From the NCBI GenBank assembly GCA_012295275.1, contig CM022673.1, positions 12,896,001 through 12,960,000 on the forward strand: a stretch of 64,000 nucleotides of DNA. Reading direction: 5' to 3'. How positions within the stretch are numbered: the first letter of the stretch is position 1; each line of letters opens with the position of its first letter. This document shows, in pieces, positions 1 through 14,740 of this stretch. The stretch comes from Chrysomallon squamiferum. Its lineage: Eukaryota > Animalia > Mollusca. The notes under the pieces are model-generated. The model was given only the letters and a program-made list of their open reading frames with translations. It was not told the origin of the DNA and made no database searches. The position numbers and the translations under genes are program-made.

Positions 1-707
1 AAAGATCTTTCTCACAAAGAAAAAAATATGAGTGCATGAACGCCATCTCTAAATTATTATTATTATTTTTTTTAAATTATGAGATATATTATCTGTGAGT
101 TTTGTCTGAATATTATTGTGAATGAAATACAAAAATAGCAGTTTAATAATTAGAAACTTTATTCCATGAATAGGAAGATCATGAATAAAAATACATTAAT
201 GAATTACAAATGATTAATAAACAAATTAATGGATAAACAATTGTGTTTAATGACATTTAATTGATCTATATTAACAATTTTGATTGTAAGTCACAATTAA
301 TAGTGATTTCATGGTGATTATAAAAAAGAAAATCTGTTTGAGGGCTAATTTTAGCTTTCAGCAAAGGATCTTTTGTATCAACCTTTTTAATACAAAAGAA
401 TATAACACCTATGATATATCTGTGAGGTTTGAGCTAAATTTGGAACTGGAAGTAGCTTAACTGGTTCACTACAGAAGATTTATCATGTTTACCGTGATGC
501 CTCAGAAATGTACTTTATCACCTGAAGTCTTGCTCCCCCCATACAGACTTCTGAAATGATGATGCCGTCTGCAATTTATTTTAAATATCTTCAGTTTAAA
601 AAAAAAAAAAAAAAATACTTGTTATCATCAACAGCAGATGTTTTTGTCTTATCTTTTCTTCTGTACCTTTTTTCCACCTATTTTTCTTCTATTTTTTTAT
701 TAGTATT

Positions 708-740
<33 letters not shown>

Positions 741-1077
741 CATCAGAATAGAAAGAGTGATAAGTTAAAGTGATGAAATCATTGAAGTTTTTTTCTCTTA
801 AATTTCATTTCCACTCACTTGAAAATTTTTAAAAAATCAAATAAAAAATGCATGAACATTTTCACACTCTCAAGATGTCTGAACTGATAAACAGAAGTAA
901 AATGTTTTTCCCTGATAAACAAATAAATATCAAAAGCAAATGGAGAATGTTTATAATAAGGAGGTCATGGACAAAACAGTTTTAAAAGTAAAATTCATAA
1001 CATTATTAAAATAGAGAAGACATATTTTTGTCAATATTTGTTTGCCTGTCAAAAGAAATAATAATAAAATAAATAAA

Positions 1078-1079
1078 TA

Positions 1080-1123
<44 letters not shown>

Positions 1124-1274
1124 AATTTGGTATAACATAAGCAATAGATTTCTTAATTAAAATAGTTTGTTGTATATTATATTTAAAAATAACAGATTTA
1201 TGTTTTTAAAATCTGAAGAACAGTTATTATTATTATTTTTCTTTTTAATAGAAAAATCAATAAATAACACTGAC

Positions 1275-1336
<62 letters not shown>

Positions 1337-1339
1337 GTA

Positions 1340-1372
<33 letters not shown>
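1078..1372. repeat. (AAAG)n, (CT)n and (AT)n microsatellite cluster
   Basis: Direct reading. Confidence 0.9.
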
Positions 1373-2668
1373 GTTTATATTTTTGTATACCTTGCTTTAA
1401 GCAGAATTTTACATCATAAATGTTTTTATGACATTTAATATAACATGTTGTTATGACATATAGTATAACATTATTATGACATATAATATAACATGCTTTT
1501 ATGATACAGTCTAATGAATGTCAAAATTAAACCCCAAACTCAGTATCATACATCACACAATACAGAGATCCTGAACAACCCATTGGTTCTACTCCTGAAT
1601 ACATGGCTTGAACAGCTGACATATAAAGTATTAAAAAAAAAGTAAAACGTTTTCCCCGAAAGAAAAATAAAATTTGTAATTTACAGTTATTTTCTTGTTA
1701 ATGCATCTTTTGACAAGCAGAGATGAAATCATAAAAAATAAAAAATAAAATAAAAAACATTTCTCAGTTACTTTTTTTATTAAGTCATTTCAGACTTTAA
1801 TTCACAAAACTTTGGTTACACAGCTTCCATTGATTCAACAGAAAACAAGATTTATCCTATTTTTTTTTTATTTTTTTTTTTTGCACTGTTTAGGTAATTT
1901 CACATTCCAACCAGTGCTGCTGTGTAACTGATATTTATAGTTTCTAGGTACATGTAAAAGGATACAGATTATGTTTGTATTGCAGGAATTAATTGAAAGA
2001 ATGATGCATTGTTGTTTTTTTGTTCTTATTATTTTTGCTGTGATGGAGTTATTATTATTGTTGTTGCTACTATAATGTTGTTGTTATAATAATAATAATT
2101 ATAATTATCATCATCATCATCATCATCATATAAAACTGTATTTGTTAACTTGATCTAATCTTGAGACTGTTTTTCATGCATCTAAAACTGCAAGTGTTTT
2201 AATTAATGTGTGCACATTCTGCATGCAGCTGTTTGACTGTATACTGTGGGTGGCATCCATATTGATAAACACCACAGCAAGCATTGATTAATGCTTTGAT
2301 TTATTATGAAGTAAAATTTTACACCTTCCTGGAGCAATAATGCTATCTCGTAAGAAGAAAATTTAGTGTTGTATCTTCCACCAACACACTGTGATTATTT
2401 GTTAGATAGGTATACTTCATTCTGCATCTTTAAATCATCCACGAATTTATCCACGATTCTTCTGCGAACTAAACACTTTCAGTTATGATATATATAGAGT
2501 GTGAGTTACGACTCAGCTGTTATCTCACTCTGTTACATAATACAACATAAATAATAGAGAAATAGATGGTTAAATATAGGTGTGAAACATATCACAGATA
2601 TACACACACCAACCAGGTGGGGTATAAACCTGTACATCATATCAGCCCAGCAGGACTTTCAGCAGCTG

Positions 2669-2669
<1 letters not shown>

Positions 2670-2745
<76 letters not shown>
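2670..2745. repeat. (GT)n microsatellite
   Basis: Direct reading. Confidence 0.95.
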
Positions 2746-2749
<4 letters not shown>

Positions 2750-3051
2750 TATAGTCAAGGGTTTTCTTAAACTGATATTGCTAGAATAGCTTCATGATAC
2801 AGTTTACCAACTGAACAGTTATTTTTGTTTACCTGTCTGGCACTGCATTGATTTCTTTCTTTATTTACATCTGGTTTCAATAAAAAAAAAAAAAAATTAT
2901 GTAAGGAAAGGAATCAGTATTTTATTTTAATAATACTCTCATCAGATTTTTAACCCACAATTATAATCATAAAATAAATATATATGATTGGCAGCCATTC
3001 AGGTAATTAGAGAAGAAACATTCATTTTGCTATGCAGCTGTTTAAAAGAAA

Positions 3052-3087
3052 AAATAATAATAAATAAATAAATAAATAATAGTAATA

Positions 3088-3158
<71 letters not shown>

Positions 3159-3178
3159 AATAAATAATAGTGATGATA

Positions 3179-3258
<80 letters not shown>
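3052..3258. repeat. Compound (AAT)n/(AAAT)n microsatellite
   Basis: Direct reading; source of the poly-Y/L/I ORFs. Confidence 0.95.
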
Positions 3259-3260
<2 letters not shown>

Positions 3261-3519
3261 GAAGTTAACATCTTTATTATATGCCTTCCCATAGTCACAA
3301 CGTTCATATCCCATAATCTTTAATAAACAAGTAGGGAGCAATGGCTGGATTGGTAAACAGCCGAATGAATAGGAGTGATCCATGATTTACACACTTTCAA
3401 CTTTGCCTTGTAAATCTAACTACTGCATATCCTCAACATAATCAAATTGGAAGTCGAAATACCAAAGATTATTTAAAAGCTATGTACAACTTGTATGTCA
3501 CGTTAGTTTAGCGTTACAA

Positions 3520-4055
3520 AAACAGTTAACAGCGTTATTACTTTGCTAAAGTGGAAAACTTTGACTTTGTAATAATCAATGCAGCAATCGAATCTGGCAA
3601 CGTCATTTATCAATACCGAAAGCCACCCCACGACGTACGGTCAAACAGCCGCGCTCGAACAGCGCGCTCAATTTACCACTTCCTGCTGCCGTTGTCGGCT
3701 TGTTGTGCAGTTGTTCAATCGGTCAGTAGCACGTGGTGCATGCCATGGTGTGTGATACTTGGCAGGCCGGGAAACGAAGCAGAGCAGTAAATCATTTAGC
3801 GATGTCTAGCGAATGACCAGTTGTCCATCATTCGCTGTTGTAGATCATGTTCGTTTTCGGGGAAGACGTCTGTTCGGTTGGTAATCGTGTTAGCAGAACA
3901 AACAAGAAATTGTGAAGGAAGAACTGCTGAACGTCAATAGTAGCAAGCTTGAAAGATTCGCGTTATTTGTAGTTACAGAGAATATATGAAAGAAGAGGGA
4001 ATGTGAAGTGTGAAAGCATGTAAATGTGAATTTGTATGCTTAATGGATGAAGGTT
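3520..4055 (+). promoter_or_regulatory. CpG-rich promoter-like island with putative non-coding first exon
   Basis: Many CpGs against a CpG-poor background; ETS-like CACTTCCTG ~3677; E-box CACGTG ~3730; possible donor AAG|gtttgt 4052/4053 followed by (GA)n. Confidence 0.5.
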
Positions 4056-4059
4056 TGTG

Positions 4060-4112
<53 letters not shown>

Positions 4113-4409
4113 ACGTAATTGGATAAATTATGCCACGCACACAAGAATATAAATATTAATATGCCTATGGAATATTTAACCCCACAAAAAACAAACAAAA
4201 AAAACCCGTACATATATCCTATGTAATAAAATAATTATTTCTTATTTCTGACAAAAAATCCACAGGAAATCTGTTACATTTTACCACATGAGATCTTTTT
4301 ATTCGTATCTTTGTTTGGACAGTATGGCACACGCAGTAGCCTTTCACATCTAGTTGCTGATTACCTGCAGACTCAGGAAATGTTCCAGAGAATAATAAAA
4401 TAGATTTGT

Positions 4410-4775
4410 TCTTATAGGAGATTATTATAATGGAAATTTTAATAATTCTAAACAGGACAAATAACTTTTTATAGAGCAATAGTTAGAATTGGAAAATACA
4501 GTAAACTGAACAATTTATAATTTTTTTATAGAATGCTTGTTAGAATTGCAAATTATAGCAAACTAAACAGAATTTATAATTATTTTTGTAGAACAAAAAA
4601 AAAAAATAGCAAACTAAACAGAAATTGTAAAAAAAAAAAAAAAAAAATGTATAGAACACTTGTTAGAATTGGAAATTATAGCAAATTAAACAATTTATAA
4701 AATTTTTATAGAGCACTTGTTAGAATGGAAAACAACAGCTAACTTAACAGACTTGATAACTGGTTTTATAGAACA
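4410..4775. repeat. Degenerate tandem repeat, ~58-bp unit, ~5-6 copies
   Basis: Recurring TTGTTAGAATTGGAAATTATAGCAAACTAAACAGAATTTATAA...TATAGAAC. Confidence 0.8.
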
Positions 4776-5064
4776 TTTTCTGGTATTGTTCTTTTCAAGA
4801 TGTAACAGTTTCTTCACCTCTGTCACAAGAATTTATCTCGGAGTGATCACTGGATGTCAGAGGTCACAGTAATTAATCACTGCCCCTCTGGTTGACACTA
4901 ACGACTCCTCCCTTGTAGATCAGTACTTTCATCTAAAGATGATGATGCTCATTACAAGACAGGCCTACTACCTGTTTATCGTCTTCCATGGATGAAAACA
5001 TTAAAATAATAATAATAATAATTTAGTTTTATTGCTCATTTAATAACAATTTAAAACAGGGATT

Positions 5065-5095
<31 letters not shown>

Positions 5096-6084
5096 TATTG
5101 GCCATTTAACAATTTTAAAATATTATTTGTAAAGTAATCTTTTTTATAGCTTATATATTTTAGATTTTCTTTTTTTTTTTTGACAAATACATTCTTAAAA
5201 TATATGAAAGGAAAGTACATAACAATATATAATCATTCAAAATAAGGCTAATTTAAAAGATTTTTATTTTACAAAAGCTGAAGAACATTAAAATACAAAA
5301 TTTAATGTAACTTTTGGCACCAAGATTAAAGTGGTATGCTTTAAAATATATTAATGAGTAGAAATTAAAAAATAAAATAAAACTAATGTAGCAGAACATC
5401 TATCATAAAAGAAATTTGATTATTTCAAATAAATATATGGGAGGAAATACAAGAAGATAAAAATAAGATGAAATAAAGAAAGGGGGAAAAAAAAAACCAG
5501 AATATTGCGTTGGCACAAAATCTGTTAGAACCATTTATCATTGGAAGAAAAAAAAATTTGAGAAGTTGTTGTTGGAAAATTAATCCTCTTGGTATGGTAT
5601 TCACTTTAACACAATAACCAAGTGAAAAAATTAAAAACATTTAATGTCAGACTGAATCAAAGTGACAAACTGCAGATTCTTTTCTGCCTGATTTAAAATT
5701 CATGTTTTGAATTTCATGCTATGCAAATGTGCAGCCATTAATCACACAGATGAAAGGTGGTTGGGGTCTGTCTTATATGTTTCTGTTGACAAGTGGGGAA
5801 AAAAGCAAAGAAAACAAAGTTGAGAATAGTTGATTAGTTCTTTCACAAAATACTAGTATGAGCTGCAAGTCAGAGAGTAGAGAATAGAAGAATTCTAGGC
5901 AGGAATGGGTCTTTTCATATATCTGTTGAAAAACTGAGGTAGGTACTCTTAGTGAAACAATTTTCTGCAAGATGAATTATTGATGATATTGGTAGTGAAA
6001 CAATTTATTATCACCAAACCAACAGTCTACTCCGTTTTGTACTTTTGAAACCAATTCTTTTATTATTAATAAAACTGTTATGTT

Positions 6085-6470
6085 GGATATTACTGAAATT
6101 TAATCTTAATTATCTGAAACAATTATCTACTCAATTTATTACTGAAACAAGTACACAGTTATGTATGTTTGAAACATCTGAACAACTGTCTACTCGATTC
6201 AGTATTTTGGAAACATCTGAACAATTAATTAATGTTGGTACAACTTTCTGTTCAAATTAGTATTTTTGAAAGAGCTAAACAATTAATTAATGCTGAAATA
6301 CTCAATTTAGTATTTTTTAAAAAGTTTTTAAACTTATTATTACTGAATCAACCATCTGGTCAACTTAGAATTTTTCAAAATTAACCTCTTATATTTATTA
6401 TTACTGAAACATCTAAACAATTTACTGTTATTGAGAAAGCTTTCTAAACTGTTTTGCTGAAATGACTATC
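6085..6470. repeat. Degenerate tandem repeat
   Basis: Recurring GAAACATCTGAACAA / TACTCAATTTAGTATTTT modules. Confidence 0.55.
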
Positions 6471-6829
6471 TACGAATTCCTGTTTGCTTATTGCCCATTA
6501 TTTTATCTCTGGCAGGTAAAGGAGATCATATTTTTGACTAATTTGGTCTTCATTATCTACAAATCCATCCAGCATTTGAAAGTATTCACTGTGTCAAATG
6601 TAAACCACTAGAAAGCTATATCTCACAGATAAAATCTGGCCTCCTATAGTTAAACTGCTTCTTGCAAATGCCTTCAAACAAGAACATTAAGTTTGGAGCG
6701 ATTTGGAGTATGCACTGATGGCATGCTTTCTGTTTCAGTGGTGGTCTGCAACTCCACAGCAGTTTTTCAAAACTAAAATTTTAGAGCAAGTTTTAGTAAT
6801 TTTTGGATTTTATGTTTTATCCAAAAATG

Positions 6830-7215
6830 TTGCAGATATTGCATTTTTTTTTATAATCAGTAGCATGAAATGTAGGTTTTGCATTTTTTATATCCGTAAT
6901 ATTATAAAATATTTTTTTTTTTTTCCATTTTTAATAATCTATAATATTATAAAATGTATGTTTTGCATTTTAAGTAATCTGTAGTATTATGAAATGTAGA
7001 TTTTTAACTTTTTTATTTATTCTTTTTAAATAAACCATGGCATTATGAAATACAGAACTTCCTTTAATTTTTTTTTTTTTTTTTTTTATTTTTATAATCT
7101 ATTGTATTAAGAAATGTATATTTAGCATTTTTTATAATTTATAGTGTTATGAAGAATAGGTTTGGGTTTTTTTCATGTTCATTGGTATTATGAAATGTAA
7201 TTTACAATTTTGGAA
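6830..7215. repeat. Degenerate minisatellite with variable poly-T
   Basis: Recurring TATTATGAAATGTAG/TTTTGCATTTTT units. Confidence 0.7.
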
Positions 7216-9175
7216 ATAATGTTTTTCAAAACATTTTTCAAACCTTTAAACTTTCAATTCCTTTATAACAAATATAAACAAAAAAAATAAAGTCTGAAAA
7301 GAAATTTTTTAAAACAAGAAAACAAATTTTAACCAATTTCCTCAGTTTCGCATAATCATCACTTCCAATTAAAACCAGATGGACAAAAATGGAGACTGCA
7401 AATAAGCAGCTGGTAAAGGCAAATAAAACACTTTTTTTCCTCATGATCAGTCCATTTTATTATCTAGTTTTAAAGATGCTCTAATGATGAGGTAACCTAG
7501 CAACAAATGGCAGACATCAGCTGGAGGTTTTTGACATCAAAGAACAAATAATGTGTTTCATTATCATGAATCTTTAGGAAATTTAATGGTTGTATTTTGA
7601 GTTTAATCTTCTGAGTGTAAAAAGTTTATAAATTAAAACACATGTGGACTGAATTTTAGTTAAAGATGAATATACAGAAAATAATTATTTTCTTATTAAT
7701 TAATAAATAATAAAATAGTGAATGTTTTTATTAACACCTCAGTAGATTATTTCACTGGCTATTTCTTGTCTGAGATAAATAATTATGTAAACATATTTTT
7801 TTTACTACTATAATCATAATAATCATCATCATCATCATCACCAATGCCATCATCATCATCATCATCATCACCAACATCATCATCATCATTTATTCAACAG
7901 GATTTTTAAAGAAATATTCGAAGGAATGGCTATCTTTACTACAGTATTTTTACATGTGATGCTGCCATGCTTATTATCATTTAATGTATTTCACAGTTTG
8001 AAGATCTGTCAAACACATTTAAAATACAATCAATAGAACTGCCACACACACACCCCCACACATACAAACACACACAAGATGTACATACAGATATCATTTT
8101 CCTGATTAATTCTCCATTTGTCTTCTTGTGCTGCTAAAACTATTGCTATTCTCAACAATAAAAAATTCAAATTCTCTCACGTATCAACTTTCGCTGTTTA
8201 TTTATATTGTCATTAAAATAATAACTAAGATATTTTAATTTTTTTACAGCTCACACATATTTTTTGATTCTGTATTTTGAATTTTGCTTCCCACAAATAA
8301 GCTTTTTTTATTCTTTGTTTTATTTTGTTTTGTGTATGTTTATTTATGTATAATAATTAACAACTCAGATTCATAGGTACAAAAATATGTTCCTACATTT
8401 TTTTTTCTTTCACATACAATCCAGTCTGTTTTATCTTTTTAACACACTCATATGTTCTCCCCATCTATCTCTTTTTCTTTCTCTCACTATTTTTAACTCC
8501 CCTTTTCTCTTTCTCTTTCTTTCACTCTCTGGTCTCTCCCCCCTTATTTTTTACTCTCTCATTCTCACAGACACACATATGCACACAAACAAAACACCAT
8601 ATCAAATTAAATCTGTATTTAACGTCATCCAATCTTATTCTGCTAAAGCTATTACAAAAAATTCAGCTTCATGGTTTTTTTCAAACCTCACAAGAGCAAA
8701 GAGTTCCATGCAGTGGATAACTCTGACATGTATTTCTCATTATGACAGAACTGCAAGATTTACATCTGGTGTCAAGTTTCAAACAATCTGATATATTCTG
8801 AACATCTCTGCATGTAGCAATATGAATATCTCTGCACGAAGGTATAAGAATGCGCAAAAAATTCCCAACAATTTATTTCTGGGAGAAAGTAAAACAAAAA
8901 ACAGAAAGAGAGGAATGTCTGTTTAACACAGAATAGCATTTTTCTCACATCATGTTTTTCTGACTGTTTCTGCTAGATTATAAATAACTTTCATATTTTT
9001 CCCCCCTTGATATTCTTTTCTCACTCCATCAGTTACAATGTAATTGGAAACGTCAGTTTCAGCATGTCCATTGGATTTCTCAAAAGGTATGGTATGACTT
9101 GTCCTGTCTACAGAAGATGCATTTAAATGATGTAGTGATAAAAGGATGATATGTTGTTTGTTGTTGTTGTTGTTT

Positions 9176-9242
<67 letters not shown>

Positions 9243-10217
9243 TTTTTTTTATTTTTTTTTTTTTATTTTTTTTACGGCATTGTACATTATTTACATACTT
9301 ATTTATTAAGGTGTTTTTTTCTTCTTACGATTATTATTGCTGTTCCTGTTTTTGTTATTATTATCATTTTCGTTTTTATTACTTTTATTATTCAGCTTCT
9401 GTTTCTGCTTCTGATTCTCCTATTTGTTATCATTTATTATCATTATTAATATTTATTAATGCTGTTGTTAGTAACACATTTGTTATTATATTATTACTGT
9501 TGCTGCTGCTGTTATTTGTCGTTCGTGTTGTTATTGTTGTTGTTTTTCTTCATCCTGTACACCTAATCAATAATTTTGAACAAAGACAAATCGACAACAA
9601 TTTTCTGTAAAATTAAGTATGTAATGAGACTAATTTCTGTAAGAAAACAAACGTTACGGCGGGAAATGACAGACGTCAGGGAGTGGTCTGTGTTTAATAA
9701 TTACATTCAGTTAATGATACTAGACAGAGTGATACGATAAGCAGTAGCCCAGTTTAAATATTTGATACATTAAGCTTTCAAAGCCCGAACAATTACAGAT
9801 TGTAAAAGTATCACTTACCAGATGGAAACTGGCAGTTAAAATTAATGAGCTAGATTGAAGATTAATTCCCGGAAATATTTTTGGTGGAACTTTGTTTCTT
9901 TGTAGAGAATATTTTGAAAATTTATTCTAATTTATTCTAATTTAATGTACTTAACCAGAAAAGCAAATAAATAAATCTGAGTGCGTTTCATGTTTGTAAC
10001 ACTAACATGCTTTTGAAAAGAGAGATGGTTTAGAATAAAGTGCTTTTAATAAAAGACATTTTTTAGACGTTTCCAAGATAACATTTCAACAAATGTTCCT
10101 TGTTTATTTAATGACATGCTTTGTACTTTTGCCTAAACAGCAATTTCCCCAAAAAATAAATAATACACAAATGTACAAACCTACACTTTTATAGATATCA
10201 CACTCCTCCAAAAGATG

Positions 10218-10253
<36 letters not shown>

Positions 10254-11794
10254 TATTTATACATACACGCACACAGATAAAACTATTTTCATAATGTCCT
10301 TGGCTGTCTATGATGACATTTTCCATCATTTCACTTCTGTCAACAGTAAGTCAAGAACTATCTCTCTTCCAGTCAGGAATAAATAGATTTCAGTTGGAGA
10401 CATTCTTGTAAATTCAGCAGATCTCCGTGAGGGTGGTCAGTTCTATTTATCAGCAAGTTCACGTGCATAGCTGTCAGTATTTCTTGTTTTTTTTTATTTC
10501 ATAAACCATTAGATCTGATCCATTAACATTATGAGACAGATTATGCTAAATGAACAGACAGATAGAATGTAACATGTTGGATGTATGGATGGAAGGAAAG
10601 AAAGGGATTAATAAAAAAAATATGCATAGAAGAATGAATGGAAGAAAGGAGAGATGGACAGAAAGGTGGTGTCTTGATATATTTTATACAAGTTTATGTA
10701 TGAGTTTGTACGTGTGTTTGTGTATGCATTTATACGTGTGGGTGTGAGATCCATATGTATATGTATAGGATGAATGAAGGGATGGGTGGAAGGATACATG
10801 AAGAGTTGGATGAAAAGATGAATGGAGGTAGAAGAATGAAAAGATATGGGAGGAATGCTGGACAGCTGGACAGAAAGAAAAATTATGATAAAGATATATG
10901 GGAAACCTGGAATGCATGGACAGCTGGACAGATACATGTATAATAAAAACCAGTGTATATGTGTGTTTGTGAATGTGTATATTATATGTGTGTGTGTTTG
11001 AATGTGTATATTATACGTGTGTGTATAGCATATATATTTTGTATGTGTCCATCTTGACATTTTACATACAGACTTCCTATCTGACAATGAAATGTCAAAG
11101 TGAAGAGTTGAAGGAAACACAGACAATGCAGTCTTGATGCAGCCACTCGGAAGTAAAGAAGACCAAATTTCCTGTAGAACTGTGACCTTGCTGCACACTG
11201 AAACAATAAACTCTGTTGACATTTGTTTTTTCTGATTTTGATCATTGCCAGAGAGAAAAGGTACAGGGGATATCCTTTCAATATGGGAGGGATTGATAGG
11301 AGGTGGTGTTTTGGAGAAGCTCTGATGTTTTCTAATTTTTTATTTATTTATTTATTTATTTATTTATTTGTTTGTTTGTTTGTTTTTTGGGAGTGATTTG
11401 AAGACGTTATTTTTAATATTGGTGAGAGAGGCTGTTTTTTGTTGGGTTTTTTCAAAAATGTATTTGAAGGTAAAAAATATATTTATTTTTTTTAATAAAT
11501 TATTTTTATTATTATTATTATTATTTTAAATAATATACCAGAAAGAGGTATTGGTATATTTTTGTATGAATATTTGAAACAGTTTTAATCTTTCTTTTAT
11601 TTTTCTCTTTTTAAAAAAAAAAAACATTTAATGGAGCAGAAAGAATGTTTTTGAAGAAAAACATTTTTTGATAAAATGTTACTAAGAGGGTGTGGTAGTA
11701 GTTTTCATAAATTTGTGGGGGGTGGAAATATGAGCTTTATTTTTTGTATTTTGAACTTTTTTCACCCCATATTTGTTTGGGGTGAATTTTTTTT

Positions 11795-11829
<35 letters not shown>

Positions 11830-12629
11830 AAACTGCAAGACAAGCAATGTGATTTTTTTTTTTTTTTTTTTTTTTTTTTGATCCAACGTTTACTTAGCTG
11901 GACGCCCTGACAGAATTTGTCATTTGTTATTGTCAGTTCTCTGACACGCTGTCAAAAAAGAATTTTAAAGAAAAATAAATAATCAAATTTCTCTCATATA
12001 AACACGAAAAAGTCAACCTGGTTTTTATATTGATTCAGTGTATTTGTTCTATGCAAAACACTACTATTGCTACTATTATTGCTACTATCTTACCACTACT
12101 ACTACTACTACTACTAATAATAATAATAATAATAACAACAACAATAATATTAACACTGAAAATACAAATATTTTTAAAATAATAATCAAATTAAATAAAA
12201 AAAAAAAATTCTTAAGGCCCTACCATATTGTCTCTGTATATTTGTTCTTGTTTAAATGCAAACCAAAAAAGAACGATAATAAAAAAAGGGAAATAAAATC
12301 AGAATTTCCTGCCATATCTCCTTTTTATCCATTTGAAATTCTGCAGGCATGCACGTGCAATCTTCACGTGTTTTTAATGAGTACAAGCAGAGGAACAAAA
12401 ACTGCTGTTTCATAACAGTTTTGAAAATTTTCTTTTACAAAGATAGAAAAAATTTAATTTTTTTTTTTTTTTTTTTTTTTTAAAAACCCTGCATGTGGCA
12501 GCTTCTTAGATTTGACTAAAAGAATGTGAAAATATGACTATAATTTCTCTAATTGTAAATTAAATTTTGTTATGGAAATAACATCCAGGATTTCTCACAT
12601 CTGATGTAATTGCTAAACATTATGAAATA

Positions 12630-13280
12630 ATAATCCCAGAAGTCCTTAATTTTGATGTTTTATGAACATACCAGAAGTATGCATGAACAGAAACCCTTAA
12701 ATTTTATACAAACTGTTAGAATTTTGCTGAATAGTCCTTATATTTGACTTCATGAAAAATACAGTGAAAGTCTTTGATTTTAAATTATTGTGATGTAATA
12801 CTCGAATATATGAAAGTATGATCAGAAGTCCTTAAACCTAATCTATATAAAAAAGAAAAAAAAACCCCAAAACCGCTCCTTAACTTAGAGTTACTAAAAA
12901 CTGACCAGAAATCCAGAAATCAGAGCTTTGAAAAGTCAAAAGATCTTAAATGTATAAGAACCTGACCAGAAGTCCTTAAACTCTGAGCTTTTTAAAAAAA
13001 AAAATGTATCAAAAACCTTAAACCAGAAAAAACTTTAAATGTTTTTTGTATTTTATTACAAAATGTCATAACTCTTTATTTTAGAACTATCTTAAAGATT
13101 GGAAGAAAAAAAAGACATTAGAATTTAACTTTTAAAAACATGCACACAAAAAACAAAAAAAGATTCCTTAAAACAGAAATTTGAAAATCAAACCAAACGA
13201 CCTTAAATTCGAACTATTGAAAATTTTGGTAGCAAGTCTACAAAAACCAAACCACGAACCAGAAGTCCTTAAATGTGAGT
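12630..13280. repeat. Highly degenerate tandem repeat
   Basis: Repeated core CCAGAAGTCCTTAAA (e.g. 12637, 12966, 13259). Confidence 0.65.
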
Positions 13281-13521
13281 TCAAGCAGTAAATCCTGTCA
13301 GAGAGGTTATAGGGCAGACATGCATTCCTTTCGCCATGTTTCGTCAGGAGTGTGAAAGATGAGGCAGAACTGTGTTAGACTGTCGTTAATTGAGTGTGTA
13401 GGAAACACGGAGGTTCACACAGCCCTGGAGGTGATTGGCAATTAGTCCTGCTAAGTTTAACATGTAGCACAAATCCAGAGTACAATATCTGCAAGACAGT
13501 AACATTTCCTGTAACAGAACA

Positions 13522-13553
<32 letters not shown>

Positions 13554-13662
13554 ACCTAAATATTTACCCACGTGTGTTTTGTTGAAACTACTATTAGGTT
13601 ATCTGAGTGCTTTTTGTTTATTGGTGATACCAAAAAAAAACAACATTTTTCTTCTTCTTCTT

Positions 13663-13693
<31 letters not shown>

Positions 13694-14702
13694 TTATTAT
13701 TATTATTATTTATATATACCTACACTTTATCACATACAGGACAACACAAACCTTATTTTATTTTGCATTAGTTAAGGAGCACTGACTAGAATACGAAATT
13801 TGATCTAGAGGCCATCTGCACTTCAAGAAATATTTGATTACTGAGCTACATCTTTTCCAATATGTTGGTATGTGTACACACACATGCATGCACATACATG
13901 CTCAGACACACACACACATACATGCAAACATTCAAGACACACACACACATACACACACACACTCACACACACACAAACATTCACAAAAACCCCTCTCATT
14001 TACATACATCTCAGGTATGATTTTCATACATATGTTAGCAGAAATGGCTGAATGCAGTTTTGATCTTGCAATATAATTAATGTTCTAAAAATATCACACA
14101 ATTCATCAAATCCTTATTCATTTCATTCCCAACTGCTCCCAACCCATTTTACAGACAGATATCTTCCTTTCTATCTTTTCTTAATCTTTTTCTAAATTAC
14201 AAAATATGTTTTCTTTCAAAATGTACACTAAAAACAGCATGTCGTTTGTAGATAAGATTTTTCTATGTTGGTTTTGCCATTTATAGCTGTGACATGTAAG
14301 ATAAGAAAATAAATATAAAAATGAAAAAAACTGAGAAAATAACTTCTTGGAAATGGAAGTTTAGTGTTAAAATATGGCTTGGAGAATAAAATTTAAGTGG
14401 AATGTTGCTTGCTGCCTGTTATCCACGCTATTTGCATGTTTATGTAGAGATAAGATGAATGACATGATTAGATTGGTTCAAAGTTGTGAACAGAACACAT
14501 TTATTCAGATTATCTGCAAAAAAAACAAAACAGTTTATCACAACACTTTGCTTTACCTGTCCACATTCTTGAACTGAAGTGACATGGATACTGCAGTCTT
14601 TTTTGTGGAGCATGGGGATACAGGATCAAGTCCCTCCATTGTACAGGTTAAACAATTTCTAACTGCAAGTTGCGTTTCAAAGTATAATCTTTATGTAGGG
14701 TA

Positions 14703-14740
<38 letters not shown>

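Noticed and set aside
10608-11222. 204-aa minus-strand ORF
   Set aside because: Runs through (CA/TA)n and (TCCA)-type simple repeats, shows no domain signature and does not start with ATG.
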